Shown here: one piece after another, positions 54,077 through 63,057 of the stretch
Numbering within the stretch: position 1 is the first letter of the stretch
Layout of the letters: every line of letters begins with the position of its first letter
Program-made: the position numbers and the translations under genes
Virus record (IMG/VR): IMGVR_UViG_3300011868_000001
Coordinates: 64,001 to 128,000 of that record
Strand: one strand, 5' to 3'
DNA: 64,000 bases
DNA from: a virus
Lineage: Duplodnaviria > Caudoviricetes
Notes under the pieces: model-generated
Told to the model about the DNA's origin: nothing
Seen by the model: the letters and a program-made list of their open reading frames with translations, nothing else
Databases searched by the model: none

Positions 54077-55631
54077 GTTGGTGGCTCCCGATGATGTTGT
54101 TGACACGAATGATCATGTCGGCAAGTTGTCGTTTGATGTCCCCTGAAATGTACATGTGCCCGGTTTGAGCAAGCATGGGGATCTTCTCGATGATGTCACG
54201 TGGTGCATGAGGTTTCCAAGCACGGCCGCTCATTTGCTCAACGACCTGGTCAATGGCGATCACCGCCACATTGCTGCGCTTACCAGGGTCTTGGCGCTTG
54301 GTTTCCTGACGGTAATATGGGTACTGTCGATCCAGAATCTCCGCTTGTTGTTTGGTGATTTTGTTACGGGTCTCGCTCGGCATGAATGCCGCGTCGCCAT
54401 CTTCGTGGAAGTATTCTTCAGCCGAGACCAGAATGGCCAGCTCGTAATACCCCCAGTGTGCCAGAATCGCTTGCGCCATGCCCATCAACCGGAAATGCGT
54501 AAGCTTAAGCAGCAGGTCACGCGCCTCAGGTGAGATGGAACGAATCACCCAGAACACCATGGCTTTCTGGAAGGGCTCGATCGGGCGGATGTCGGCTCGA
54601 GAACAGATCGAGATGCACTGCTGAACTCGACCGAGGTCAAGATCGGGTGCGATCCGGTTGATGATGATGTCAGCCTTCTCGGTGAAGACCTCGATCATCT
54701 GCCGGTCGCCTTCGGTGATCTCTTGTGTCTGACTGTAGTCATCCAGCACCGAGGAGTTATCCTCGTCGTTCTTGTCCAGCGTACGGTGGCGCTTGGGCTG
54801 GACCAGTCCGGTCACACTCTGAAAACGACCGTCCATCCGCAAATGAGTGCCGGTGACGTAGTTAAACAGAATGCGTGCCAGGCTGTCACGCTCGATCGAT
54901 GTCGACAGAGGGCCGATGGAAATCTTGCGCACCAGGGCCATGGCCATCAGATGCCGCGGCACTTCCTCGCTGGAAAGACCGGCCATGACCATGGTCATGC
55001 TGATGTCCTTATCCACGCTGGCTTCGATGTACTCGACCATGCGGATATAAGGCGGCCACTTGTCGAGCCCGGCCAGTTCAATCAGCTTGACTGCCTCGGA
55101 CTCCTTGTAGCCGTTGCCGTTGATGCTCGATACGTTCTGGATGTACATCCCCCAGATCGGTACCATGAAACGCAGCCCGAGAGCCATCGCCACCATATCC
55201 AAGTAATCGGACCGGATGTAGGTACGGCTACGGTAATTGCGCCCGCGTTCGTTGAACTCCTCGAACTTCTCGCTGACATCACTGGGGATGGTGAGGCCGG
55301 CTCGGTCAACGAAGCTACGCAGGGCATCGTACGTGATCAGGGTATACAGCTTCTTGACCACCGCCTCGATACGTTCACGCACCATGAACGAGGAACGGAT
55401 TTCTTCGGAAGAAAGGTATTCGTCGACCTTGACGTACAGGGCCCACAGTTGGTCCTGGACATCTTCAGGCAGGGTAGCGATAAACTCATTGGTCTCCTTG
55501 AATAGCACTTCACGATTGAGGATGGCCGCCGAATGATAGCTGCCGGCCGACAACACCATTTCATGACCCTTGTGATCGAGCCGGATGGTGTTAATCCCCT
55601 TCGGGGACAGCTCTTGGACGTGTATCCGCAT
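54063..55631 (-). CDS. non-virion RNA polymerase promoter-specificity subunit (phiKZ gp68-like)
   Basis: About 522 aa, synteny, RTYIRSDY...MVPIWGMYI; GAGG SD before MRIHV. Confidence 0.7.
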   Translation of the reverse strand: MRIHVQELSPKGINTIRLDHKGHEMVLSAGSYHSAAILNREVLFKETNEFIATLPEDVQDQLWALYVKVDEYLSSEEIRSSFMVRERIEAVVKKLYTLITYDALRSFVDRAGLTIPSDVSEKFEEFNERGRNYRSRTYIRSDYLDMVAMALGLRFMVPIWGMYIQNVSSINGNGYKESEAVKLIELAGLDKWPPYIRMVEYIEASVDKDISMTMVMAGLSSEEVPRHLMAMALVRKISIGPLSTSIERDSLARILFNYVTGTHLRMDGRFQSVTGLVQPKRHRTLDKNDEDNSSVLDDYSQTQEITEGDRQMIEVFTEKADIIINRIAPDLDLGRVQQCISICSRADIRPIEPFQKAMVFWVIRSISPEARDLLLKLTHFRLMGMAQAILAHWGYYELAILVSAEEYFHEDGDAAFMPSETRNKITKQQAEILDRQYPYYRQETKRQDPGKRSNVAVIAIDQVVEQMSGRAWKPHAPRDIIEKIPMLAQTGHMYISGDIKRQLADMIIRVNNIIGSHQHAVS

Positions 55632-55668
55632 TGTTTTGACAACCTCAGTGGTTACTGGATTCAAAAAG

Positions 55669-55676
55669 ATAATGTA
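55669..55676 (-). promoter_or_regulatory. putative early promoter TACATTAT
   Basis: About 38 nt upstream of the re-called start. Confidence 0.6.
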
Positions 55677-55725
55677 TTGCTGTAGAACGGTTCAATAAAA
55701 CGATTTTCCCTGGCTAAGGGTATAG

Positions 55726-55756
55726 TCGACACTGGACCGAATCGGTCCAGTGTCGA
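55726..55756. terminator. long perfect hairpin
   Basis: TCGACACTGGACCGA/TCGGTCCAGTGTCGA. Confidence 0.6.
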
Positions 55757-55765
55757 GGTGCTCAG

Positions 55766-56209
55766 TTAAGCAAGAACTGTAGTAAAGATAAACTCGCTGT
55801 CTTCCATCTGTTTTTTCTTGCCTTTGATATACGGGTTATTTTCTCCCGTACGGCTCCGACAATAGTCAAGAAATTTAGGGTAATTAAGGTTTTCCTTTTG
55901 AGTACCCCATCTCAGATTTTCTGACGAGTTATTGCGCGAATTCTCGTCCTCGTGTAGAGCAAGCTGGCCGGGGGCCGGCGGACCATTAAAAGCTTCGCAC
56001 ACCAAACGTGCCACCTTGAGTGTCTTCTTTCCACGGCGAGGGTATACATACCTCTCCCCATCCCATTGTCCCTTAGTTGGGACACCGCCATACTGGCGGG
56101 TCCCTCCATAGGGCATCTGGGATTCGTACGGAAGTGTCATAATTCGTCCGTGGGAAGACACTAACAGATCTGGATTAGACGGCGAGCGTCGCCAGACCTC
56201 ATCCATCAT
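55766..56209 (-). CDS. free-standing NUMOD4-HNH endonuclease
   Basis: EVWR...VSSHGRI, RLVCEAF, LHEDENSRNN...NLRWGTQKEN. Confidence 0.85.
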   Translation of the reverse strand: MMDEVWRRSPSNPDLLVSSHGRIMTLPYESQMPYGGTRQYGGVPTKGQWDGERYVYPRRGKKTLKVARLVCEAFNGPPAPGQLALHEDENSRNNSSENLRWGTQKENLNYPKFLDYCRSRTGENNPYIKGKKKQMEDSEFIFTTVLA

Positions 56210-56988
56210 AAAGGCACATCGTCGTCGAAGGAGAAATCGTTTCCACCGGAAGGAGCTGCCGAGGACGTCTGTCCACCGTTGCCACCGCCATTGTTGTTCC
56301 AGCTGCCCCCGCCTTGGCGGTTGCCACCACTGTTGTTGTTCCAGCTGCCACCGCCTTGACCGCCACGGTTGCCGCCGTTGTTGTTCCAGTTACCGCCGCC
56401 CTGACCACCTTGACGGTTACGATCCATCCAGGCCGGACGGACGTAGTTGTCGGCGATGACTTGGTTGACATAGGTACGGACTGTATCGACCCAACCCAGG
56501 CAGTACAGACGAGAAGCAACCGAGACTGGCATCGGGCCATTGGCGTCACGGAAGTTGTGGTAGGTCTCGTCGAGGAACGGGAACTCGATCAGGGGACGGT
56601 TCTTGCCCGCACTGATGCAGATGGAGATGACGCCTTCGGCATTCTTCTCGATCTTGATGGTGCTCATGATCGACGGGTTCGGGTCGCGCTTCTTATCGAT
56701 GAAACGGTGACCTTTGTTGTCCATCATGATGCTGGTCGGTTCTTTGTGGTTGGCCACAGCTTCGACCGCCCGCAGGAACGCATGGAAGGTGCGGTTGTTA
56801 AACGCCGCTTCGATCTTGCCATGGTTACGGTCGTTCGGGACGCGGGTCTTGACCACCAGACGGGGGTTGTTCTCGTAGTAGGCAGGGCGGAGCGTGGGAT
56901 CGCCTTCCATGCCGTCCTGGCGCTTGGCTTTCAGCGCCAGCGAGGGTTCATCCAGGATCGTCTCGGGACGCTGATTGGTTTCGCTCAT
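56206..56988 (-). CDS. chmC: ChmC-like single-stranded nucleic-acid-binding protein (phiKZ gp67 position)
   Basis: NNPRLVVKT core; G/N/W-rich disordered tail; synteny next to gp68. Confidence 0.7.
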   Translation of the reverse strand: MSETNQRPETILDEPSLALKAKRQDGMEGDPTLRPAYYENNPRLVVKTRVPNDRNHGKIEAAFNNRTFHAFLRAVEAVANHKEPTSIMMDNKGHRFIDKKRDPNPSIMSTIKIEKNAEGVISICISAGKNRPLIEFPFLDETYHNFRDANGPMPVSVASRLYCLGWVDTVRTYVNQVIADNYVRPAWMDRNRQGGQGGGNWNNNGGNRGGQGGGSWNNNSGGNRQGGGSWNNNGGGNGGQTSSAAPSGGNDFSFDDDVPL

Positions 56989-57062
56989 TTTGGTCTCTCC
57001 AAGTACACGGCTTTACTCAAATAGATACAGGCCGCAGTTTATTTTTTACCCACCGAAATGCC

Positions 57063-57932
57063 TCATGCCTTCGAATAGAGGTTCATCACCAGTTTTTCAA
57101 GCTCCGGCTCATACGCCTTCTTGAGCGAACTGAGGATGTAGTCCTTCGTTGTCATGGACGTCCAGCGATTCTTTTGGGCGATGTCGAGCATCGTCCGACG
57201 ATACTTGATCGGGAAGGCAGTAAACAAGTTACTGTTATCGCCGAAGAACTGGATGGTCATCCGGTCAAAGGGGATGTTGCTCAGTTCTTTGCCGTTTGAC
57301 AGTTTAGTGTGCCAAAGTGCAGGAGGCTTGGTTGCACCCGTGTGCGACTCCAGCAACGTCAGCGAATTGAACCTATAACGTTGAAGCAAATCCACGGCAT
57401 AGCTGGTCATCATCAGGACGCGACGATTGTCATTTTCCAAATCGATGTCCGTTTCCATGATCTTGATCGATGGGTTGCGGCTGAGCTGCTCCATCAATTC
57501 AATGATAGCGTTCTCTTCACGCAAGGCTGCCAGCTTCTGCTTTTCAGTGTTGGCCGCTTTCAAAATGGCGTAAGGAAAACGTTTAGGAATGCCGCGGTAG
57601 TTACACAGATAAATCTGTGTCTTAACCCGCCCACTGCTGACACGTGCGACCGATTGCTCGATGATTGTCATCTCATTGATAAGGGCGTACGCCAGGTCTT
57701 CTGGGAAGACGTCGTTCAAACGCTCTGAGTCAATGGCACCGATCAAGTTGCGGATCAGGGTGCGCAGATTGACGTACAATACGTCAATCTGATTGATGAT
57801 CGGGTTATGGTTGGGGTTGTCCTCGAGGATGCCGAAGGCACCCTCAAGCGCCAAGCTACTGCCTATGGAGATAGGTATCTGACCCACCTCCCGGCTGGAG
57901 ATGGTTTCCATGGCCCGTGCATCAAATGCCAT
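57063..57932 (-). CDS. core chimallivirus protein (phiKZ gp66-like)
   Basis: REVGQIPISIGSSLALE, NLRTLIRN, LLESHTG; synteny. Confidence 0.7.
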   Translation of the reverse strand: MAFDARAMETISSREVGQIPISIGSSLALEGAFGILEDNPNHNPIINQIDVLYVNLRTLIRNLIGAIDSERLNDVFPEDLAYALINEMTIIEQSVARVSSGRVKTQIYLCNYRGIPKRFPYAILKAANTEKQKLAALREENAIIELMEQLSRNPSIKIMETDIDLENDNRRVLMMTSYAVDLLQRYRFNSLTLLESHTGATKPPALWHTKLSNGKELSNIPFDRMTIQFFGDNSNLFTAFPIKYRRTMLDIAQKNRWTSMTTKDYILSSLKKAYEPELEKLVMNLYSKA

Positions 57933-57941
57933 GTGGCCTCC

Positions 57942-59111
57942 TTATTGCTCTGCGTAGGTCCCAAGCACGGTCATGACCATCTGGGCTTCCTGACTGGACT
58001 CATCGGGGATAAACCGTTTGAGGCGTTCCGAAACCAGATGTCCGATATTGGTGGGAGTGATGCTGATGGGTTTGACCTTAGGCAGTTCGACATGCGCCAA
58101 GTCGATCTTCTCCTGGGGTTTAAGGTCATCCATCTGGGTGGTGATACGAAACTGCGGGAACCGCTTGCGCAGGTCCTTGAGTCCGTGTTGGACAGGGGTG
58201 CCACGGGCAATCATCAGGCGGAAGCACGAATCATCCGGTTCGTTTTCATACGACTCCAGAATTTCCAAGACCTGATCGGTGTCCATCTCACGGCAATCGA
58301 GGGTCTTATACAGCCGCGCGCCGTTGTTTTCCACAAACCAGTGGTAGTTCTTACCCTGGCTGGAAATGCAAGCCCGGTAATGGCCCTTAGCAGCCTCCTC
58401 ACCGTGACTTAGCCGGTCAAAGGACCCTTGTGCCAGGATAACCGACGAATACCGCGGTAGCGAGCGCTCCGTGCGTATGTGCACGTGCCCGATACCGATG
58501 AAGTGCCGAACGATGGACAGGTAGGCTTCGTGGTTATGGTTCTTCGCCGACTCAATGGGCAGCTGGTAATCAAACGAGCCGTGCATGCAGGCGACATCGA
58601 CCTTATCGAGGCCGTGAATGGACAGCAGTTCTTGAACCTGCTGCCAGGTCACGCCGGCATCGGCATTCCATTCATCCGGGACGTACAGCACACTCAGGCC
58701 ACCCAATTCCTCGATCACCTCGATACTTAAGGTATCGACATATTTAAGGTTAGCTGGCGTGCTGAGGGTTCTGTTGACGTTAACGAATTGCTTGGACTGA
58801 CGCCAGTCGTGGCTGGGGGTGCCTTCCAGCACCCGGACCACGATGTTACGCTTGGCGCAGATCAGGAGGATATCGGCGATCCACTCTTGGATGGCGTCCA
58901 CTTCATCTTGTGGCAGGCTCATCAACCGATCGAACACATCCCCTGCAAAGAACAGGATATCCAGCTTACCCGTCTCCTCCGTGTCAGGGAATGCCTGCCG
59001 GAGGTTCTTGATGATGTGGTAGGTGTTGGTCCGCGGATGGGCCAGGTGAATATCCGAGATGAACGCCATGAACAGATCAGAGCGGTTCGAAGTCGTCGTC
59101 GTCAAATTCAT
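57942..59111 (-). CDS. sbcD: SbcD/Mre11-like metallophosphoesterase nuclease
   Basis: SDIHL, AGDVFDR, GTPSHD, HGSF, IGHVH. Confidence 0.88.
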   Translation of the reverse strand: MNLTTTTSNRSDLFMAFISDIHLAHPRTNTYHIIKNLRQAFPDTEETGKLDILFFAGDVFDRLMSLPQDEVDAIQEWIADILLICAKRNIVVRVLEGTPSHDWRQSKQFVNVNRTLSTPANLKYVDTLSIEVIEELGGLSVLYVPDEWNADAGVTWQQVQELLSIHGLDKVDVACMHGSFDYQLPIESAKNHNHEAYLSIVRHFIGIGHVHIRTERSLPRYSSVILAQGSFDRLSHGEEAAKGHYRACISSQGKNYHWFVENNGARLYKTLDCREMDTDQVLEILESYENEPDDSCFRLMIARGTPVQHGLKDLRKRFPQFRITTQMDDLKPQEKIDLAHVELPKVKPISITPTNIGHLVSERLKRFIPDESSQEAQMVMTVLGTYAEQ

Positions 59112-59676
59112 TAATCGGTTTCCGAACAGGGGTATCGACGCCCCCTTCTTCAACCGGGGTGCCGCTGAGTTCCGACTCTACCAACTTGGCTTTATCGCCA
59201 AAGAGCAGCGTCAATGGGATGTTGTAACGCTTGTAAATCATCGCCCACATCTTACCGTAGACGGTAGAGATGGCATCGGCAGGCGTATGATTGAGGGCCA
59301 CCAGACGACTGACGTAGTTGTCGATGACAGCGCCCGGATGTGCCGTGGTGATCTCCGATTCGAAATTAGCGGCCAGTTCAGCCACGTCCGTCTCAGGACC
59401 AGCATGCAGGGTGCGGATGGCCATGGGCGTCGGAGCCAGCAGCGGTGGGACGACAAAGAGGACCTTGTTCGGGTCATTGTCTGCCACTACATCGATCATG
59501 CGATTGGGGTGGCCGGCTGCCGCCACGAAAATCTCGACCGGACGGTTGGTGTCGCCATTCGGTGAAGGGAGCAGATGAGGCAGAAGTCGACGAACAAAGT
59601 CACTTTCGCGCAGTTTGGCGTTAGCGTCTTTACTCATGGCTTCGAGATTGGCAAAGTCATGCTCATTCAACTGCAT
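59077..59676 (-). CDS. conserved hypothetical protein (199 aa)
   Basis: GGAG SD; VLFVVPPLL; acidic C-terminus. Confidence 0.75.
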   Translation of the reverse strand: MQLNEHDFANLEAMSKDANAKLRESDFVRRLLPHLLPSPNGDTNRPVEIFVAAAGHPNRMIDVVADNDPNKVLFVVPPLLAPTPMAIRTLHAGPETDVAELAANFESEITTAHPGAVIDNYVSRLVALNHTPADAISTVYGKMWAMIYKRYNIPLTLLFGDKAKLVESELSGTPVEEGGVDTPVRKPINEFDDDDFEPL

Positions 59677-59692
59677 AACGGATTCTCCATAA

Positions 59693-59715
59693 AGAGGGCG
59701 GTAAGACCGCCCTCT
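59693..59715. terminator. stem-loop terminator
   Basis: AGAGGGCGGT/ACCGCCCTCT. Confidence 0.6.
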
Positions 59716-59730
59716 ATGCCCAATGGTCGA

Positions 59731-60306
59731 TTACTCGTCAGCCGGCTCTTCGTTGGCGCCAGTGGCGGCCGTTACGGCCATGGCCTGCTTCGAAGCTTCC
59801 TTACGGAATTCTTCCAGGCTGATGGAATCGATGACGTAGTACGGACGACCGATTTCACCGCCGTAGGAGATGACCAGGTCACCCATGGCGTGCTGGACCT
59901 TGCTGTCCCTCAGGCCTTCGGACACTGCATCACCGGAGAGCCACTCTTGAGTGGCGGTGTGCTGTTCTTCGACCAGCGGACCGTCTTCGGTCAGGGTCAC
60001 ACGGATGGAGCCAGGCACGTAGCCTTCGACGACGACCATTTCCGGTGCACGCTGCTTGGACTGCTTGGCCTTGAAGGCAATGGCGTTAGCCGCGGCGATG
60101 AACACGCGCTGAGCGACGCTGTCGATCATGACGTCATCGTTGAACAGGCGCTGGATATGATCGGCAGTCAGTTCGACCAGGGTGCGATTGATCGCCAGCA
60201 TGGCGTCGTTAGCCTGGATCAGACTTTCCTGAAGCTGAGCGACTTGGGTTTCCAGTTGGGCGATGCGCTCTTCCTGGGATTGTTCACGTGCTTCATCGGT
60301 GGTCAT
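59731..60306 (-). CDS. hypothetical protein with N-terminal coiled coil (191 aa)
   Basis: AAGGAG SD; strong codon bias. Confidence 0.8.
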   Translation of the reverse strand: MTTDEAREQSQEERIAQLETQVAQLQESLIQANDAMLAINRTLVELTADHIQRLFNDDVMIDSVAQRVFIAAANAIAFKAKQSKQRAPEMVVVEGYVPGSIRVTLTEDGPLVEEQHTATQEWLSGDAVSEGLRDSKVQHAMGDLVISYGGEIGRPYYVIDSISLEEFRKEASKQAMAVTAATGANEEPADE

Positions 60307-60316
60307 ATATCACTCC

Positions 60317-60739
60317 TTAGTTATTAAAGCCAGCCGCAATGAACGGCTTGCCATCGTTTTGCAGATCAATGATACTGCGAATCTTCGAATTGGCTGAACT
60401 TACGACGTGTTTCAAATCAATGGACTTGTCCCCGTCTCGTAAGATAGCACTGATTTGTAAATCAATACCAGAAGGCGTGCTGAGGGCCGAAACATCCAGC
60501 TCTGCCGAGTCAAACTGGCGATCAAGGTAGTTCTGTAGACGCAGTCTGACTTCGTTTTCCAGCTCCAGACGGTTGTTGCCGAACTGACTGACGATACTGG
60601 ACAAACTGGTGACCTGACCCCGGTAAAGGTCTGTCTGAGAGCGCTGGGTGATGTAGAAATTACTCATCACCTCATCGGCTTTGATGGTCAAATCGGTAGC
60701 AAACCCGGCAGCGCCGAGCACAGGGATTACGCGGGCCAT
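60317..60739 (-). CDS. conserved phiKZ-like protein (about 140 aa)
   Basis: GGAG SD before MARVIP. Confidence 0.7.
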   Translation of the reverse strand: MARVIPVLGAAGFATDLTIKADEVMSNFYITQRSQTDLYRGQVTSLSSIVSQFGNNRLELENEVRLRLQNYLDRQFDSAELDVSALSTPSGIDLQISAILRDGDKSIDLKHVVSSANSKIRSIIDLQNDGKPFIAAGFNN

Positions 60740-60822
60740 AATAACTCCGGACAAAAGAAAAAAGTCCACCGTAAGGAGGAAGGTGGCACACATACCCATT
60801 AGGACAGTGTGCCACTATTCAC

Positions 60823-61446
60823 TTACAGAGAGCCGTTATTTTCGTCGGAGGGGTCATCCAATCCTTCATCCAAGAAGCTATTGAAGTTGGCCCACATCGA
60901 GTCACGGATGGTGGTCTGCTGGTCGAAGCGCAGTTCCGTACGACCGTCTTCATCGATCAGGTGCAGGTACTGCACAAAGTGCGAGTGCCCTTGCTCATCG
61001 AATTGGAGCAGACCGTGCATCACTTGCTGGTAATCCGGATCGTCATCACCGTAGCGACCGGGGTTGCGGTTGATGTAGCTGTCACGCCAGCCATGCATCA
61101 TGTCCTTCTCGAACAGACGCTTGGCGCGCGGGTTGGCCATCAGCCAGCGTTGCTGGACCGGGCCGGCTTGCTGGAACTGACCGATCCGGGACATTGGCTG
61201 GATGTCGTCCTTATCGAACAGGTGCGTGACCTTACGTTTGAGTGCAGCGATCTTACGTTCAATCCCATCGAAGTCGAAAGAATTGAACCGTTCTACAGCA
61301 CGCTGGTAAAGGTCAGAACCTACCAGTCCGAATGATCGGGCGGTGTTCTCCAGACGATCCCGGATAGCTGCACGGTCCTCCGACCGTGGTAGTCCGTAGT
61401 GCATCGCCCCGAACTCACGGTCATCCGCGTAAATAGCTATCGCCAT
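60823..61446 (-). CDS. core chimallivirus protein downstream of nvRNAP beta' (gp59-like position)
   Basis: AAGGAG SD; QRWLMANP, DYQQVMHG, DDPSD. Confidence 0.7.
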   Translation of the reverse strand: MAIAIYADDREFGAMHYGLPRSEDRAAIRDRLENTARSFGLVGSDLYQRAVERFNSFDFDGIERKIAALKRKVTHLFDKDDIQPMSRIGQFQQAGPVQQRWLMANPRAKRLFEKDMMHGWRDSYINRNPGRYGDDDPDYQQVMHGLLQFDEQGHSHFVQYLHLIDEDGRTELRFDQQTTIRDSMWANFNSFLDEGLDDPSDENNGSL

Positions 61447-61458
61447 GCTTTACTCCTT

Positions 61459-61653
61459 TTATTTCGAGACTTGGTCACCCTCGATGATCCAGTTGGTCAG
61501 GGTGGCAATCAACGGGGCCGGCAGCGTCGTGTTGCGCGACACTGTGAACGGCTTGTTGAGGTCCATGACACCGGTTACTGGGTCCAGACGACTCATGACC
61601 TTAGCGTTCTTGTGGTCGAGTGGGAGCTCGCCCCAGAGCGCATCACCGTCGTA
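61459..61653 (-). CDS. nvRNAP beta' N-terminal subunit, exon 2 (YDGDALWGELPLD...QVSK*)
   Basis: Begins right after the intron terminal G and completes the NAD-YDGD catalytic motif; 64 aa. Confidence 0.9.
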   Translation of the reverse strand, partial: YDGDALWGELPLDHKNAKVMSRLDPVTGVMDLNKPFTVSRNTTLPAPLIATLTNWIIEGDQVSK

Positions 61654-63057
61654 CCTATTGTCCAGCTCCTTCGCGACAGGAGCCCGGTGCGCTATGGCAC
61701 CCGCACACGGCTTTCCCGTATGAGCAGACTATATCTTCACCTTCAGCATGACCTGGTCAGGTGTTCCCCATTTCCCTGCCGCTGGCAGGTACGAGCCGCT
61801 ACGCTCTAGTCGTTGAACCTTTCCCATATCCGAAGGACGTAGGGACTTGGCTGCTAAAGGGACTCTTAGAGTCCACGGTTGCCCATTGTATCATCCGTCT
61901 CGTTTTCAGACCGTGGCTTTGTCTTTCGACTCGCAGTGGTGAGACAGCTTTAGGGGTTTCCAGCAGTTAGAGGAAAATCACTGCACTGTTTAGAATGCAG
62001 GGGACTGTTTACAAATAGCTCAGATGAAAATCTCTCCAGCAGCCCATGTTCGAGTTCATGGATTTCTGGATAACCGATTTACCCACCCCTACCGAGTGAG
62101 CAAATGCCTGTACTGACTCCCATTCAGTTGTTAAACCGCTCAGTTTGTCAAGTACTTTAACTTTCCGAGGCAGGCGTTTGAAATTAGGCCTGATCACAGA
62201 TTTGCGATGACTGGGTATGACTACGTGACCACTCACATCGCTTTCGTACTCTTCAAGATAACAAACCTCCAACCCGTTAATCCTGGCGGTGCCGGCCAAG
62301 ATAGAGTACAGTTTAGATTTCGTCACCCCGAAGGCACGGGAAACGTCAGCAATGCTGGAGAATAAAAACTTCTTATCATCCTTCACCACTACAACATCTC
62401 TTGACTGTCCATTTGCCTTCTTGCCAATGTCCAGCTCTGTCAAACCTCTCCACGATGATGTCTCGTAAATCAGTTCGAACCTAGATTTCCACGGCACCAG
62501 CGAATCGCTACTCAAGTAACGGTGTATGTCTGCGCCGTTGACTTTGAAGTAGCGAGCTGCTTCTTGCAGACTGTAAAAGTACTGGACTTCTCCGGTCTTC
62601 AGGTCCTTAGCGAGCAGCGGACGATTATCTACCCTCAATCCTTCCCGATATGCGTGAAACGCGTTATCAGAAGAACTCGTCCATTCAAGGTTACATGGGT
62701 CGTTATTAAGTTTGTCGCCATCGATATGATTGACAACGCATTCGTCGAAAGGACCAGGACATTGGTTGAATGTCATGGCAATTAGACGGTGTAAAGTCTG
62801 GGTTCCATGCCCCCACACGTTTATCTGATAGTACGGCCAGTAGTGCTCCCGCAGAAAGGGGATGAAACATACCAGATTTCTCTGATCTATTACATGGCCA
62901 GACTTACTGATAACCAGTGTCTCGAAAAGGGGGCAGTGGTAGAATCCTTTAAACATCTCGGATTCAACAAGCTGTTCATCTGGTTTGAGCATTTCATCAC
63001 CCATTCGGTTACTGCTACACCTAGGTAATGTAGGGCTCAGGCTATTTGCAATAATTT
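61654..63057 (-). mobile_element. group I self-splicing intron (1404 nt) with HNH gene
   Basis: 5' exon ends in U (GAT); intron ends in G; core elements AACTGCTGGAAA (P), TTAGCAGCC (Q), GTTCAACGACTA (R), AAGATATAGTC (S). Confidence 0.92.
62009..63004 (-). CDS. intron-encoded HNH homing endonuclease with NUMOD1-like repeats
   Basis: LHRLIAMTF, VNHIDGDKLNNDPCNLEW, repeated F-x-S-xx-E/D-A helix-turn-helix units. Confidence 0.9.
   Translation of the reverse strand: MGDEMLKPDEQLVESEMFKGFYHCPLFETLVISKSGHVIDQRNLVCFIPFLREHYWPYYQINVWGHGTQTLHRLIAMTFNQCPGPFDECVVNHIDGDKLNNDPCNLEWTSSSDNAFHAYREGLRVDNRPLLAKDLKTGEVQYFYSLQEAARYFKVNGADIHRYLSSDSLVPWKSRFELIYETSSWRGLTELDIGKKANGQSRDVVVVKDDKKFLFSSIADVSRAFGVTKSKLYSILAGTARINGLEVCYLEEYESDVSGHVVIPSHRKSVIRPNFKRLPRKVKVLDKLSGLTTEWESVQAFAHSVGVGKSVIQKSMNSNMGCWRDFHLSYL

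Noticed and set aside
60317-60739. Possible gp25-like sheath-initiator fold
   Set aside because: Only a vague pattern resemblance; cannot be supported without a profile search
63037-63057. C-terminus KLLQIA of the 319-aa ORF
   Set aside because: Intron read-through, not part of the mature protein
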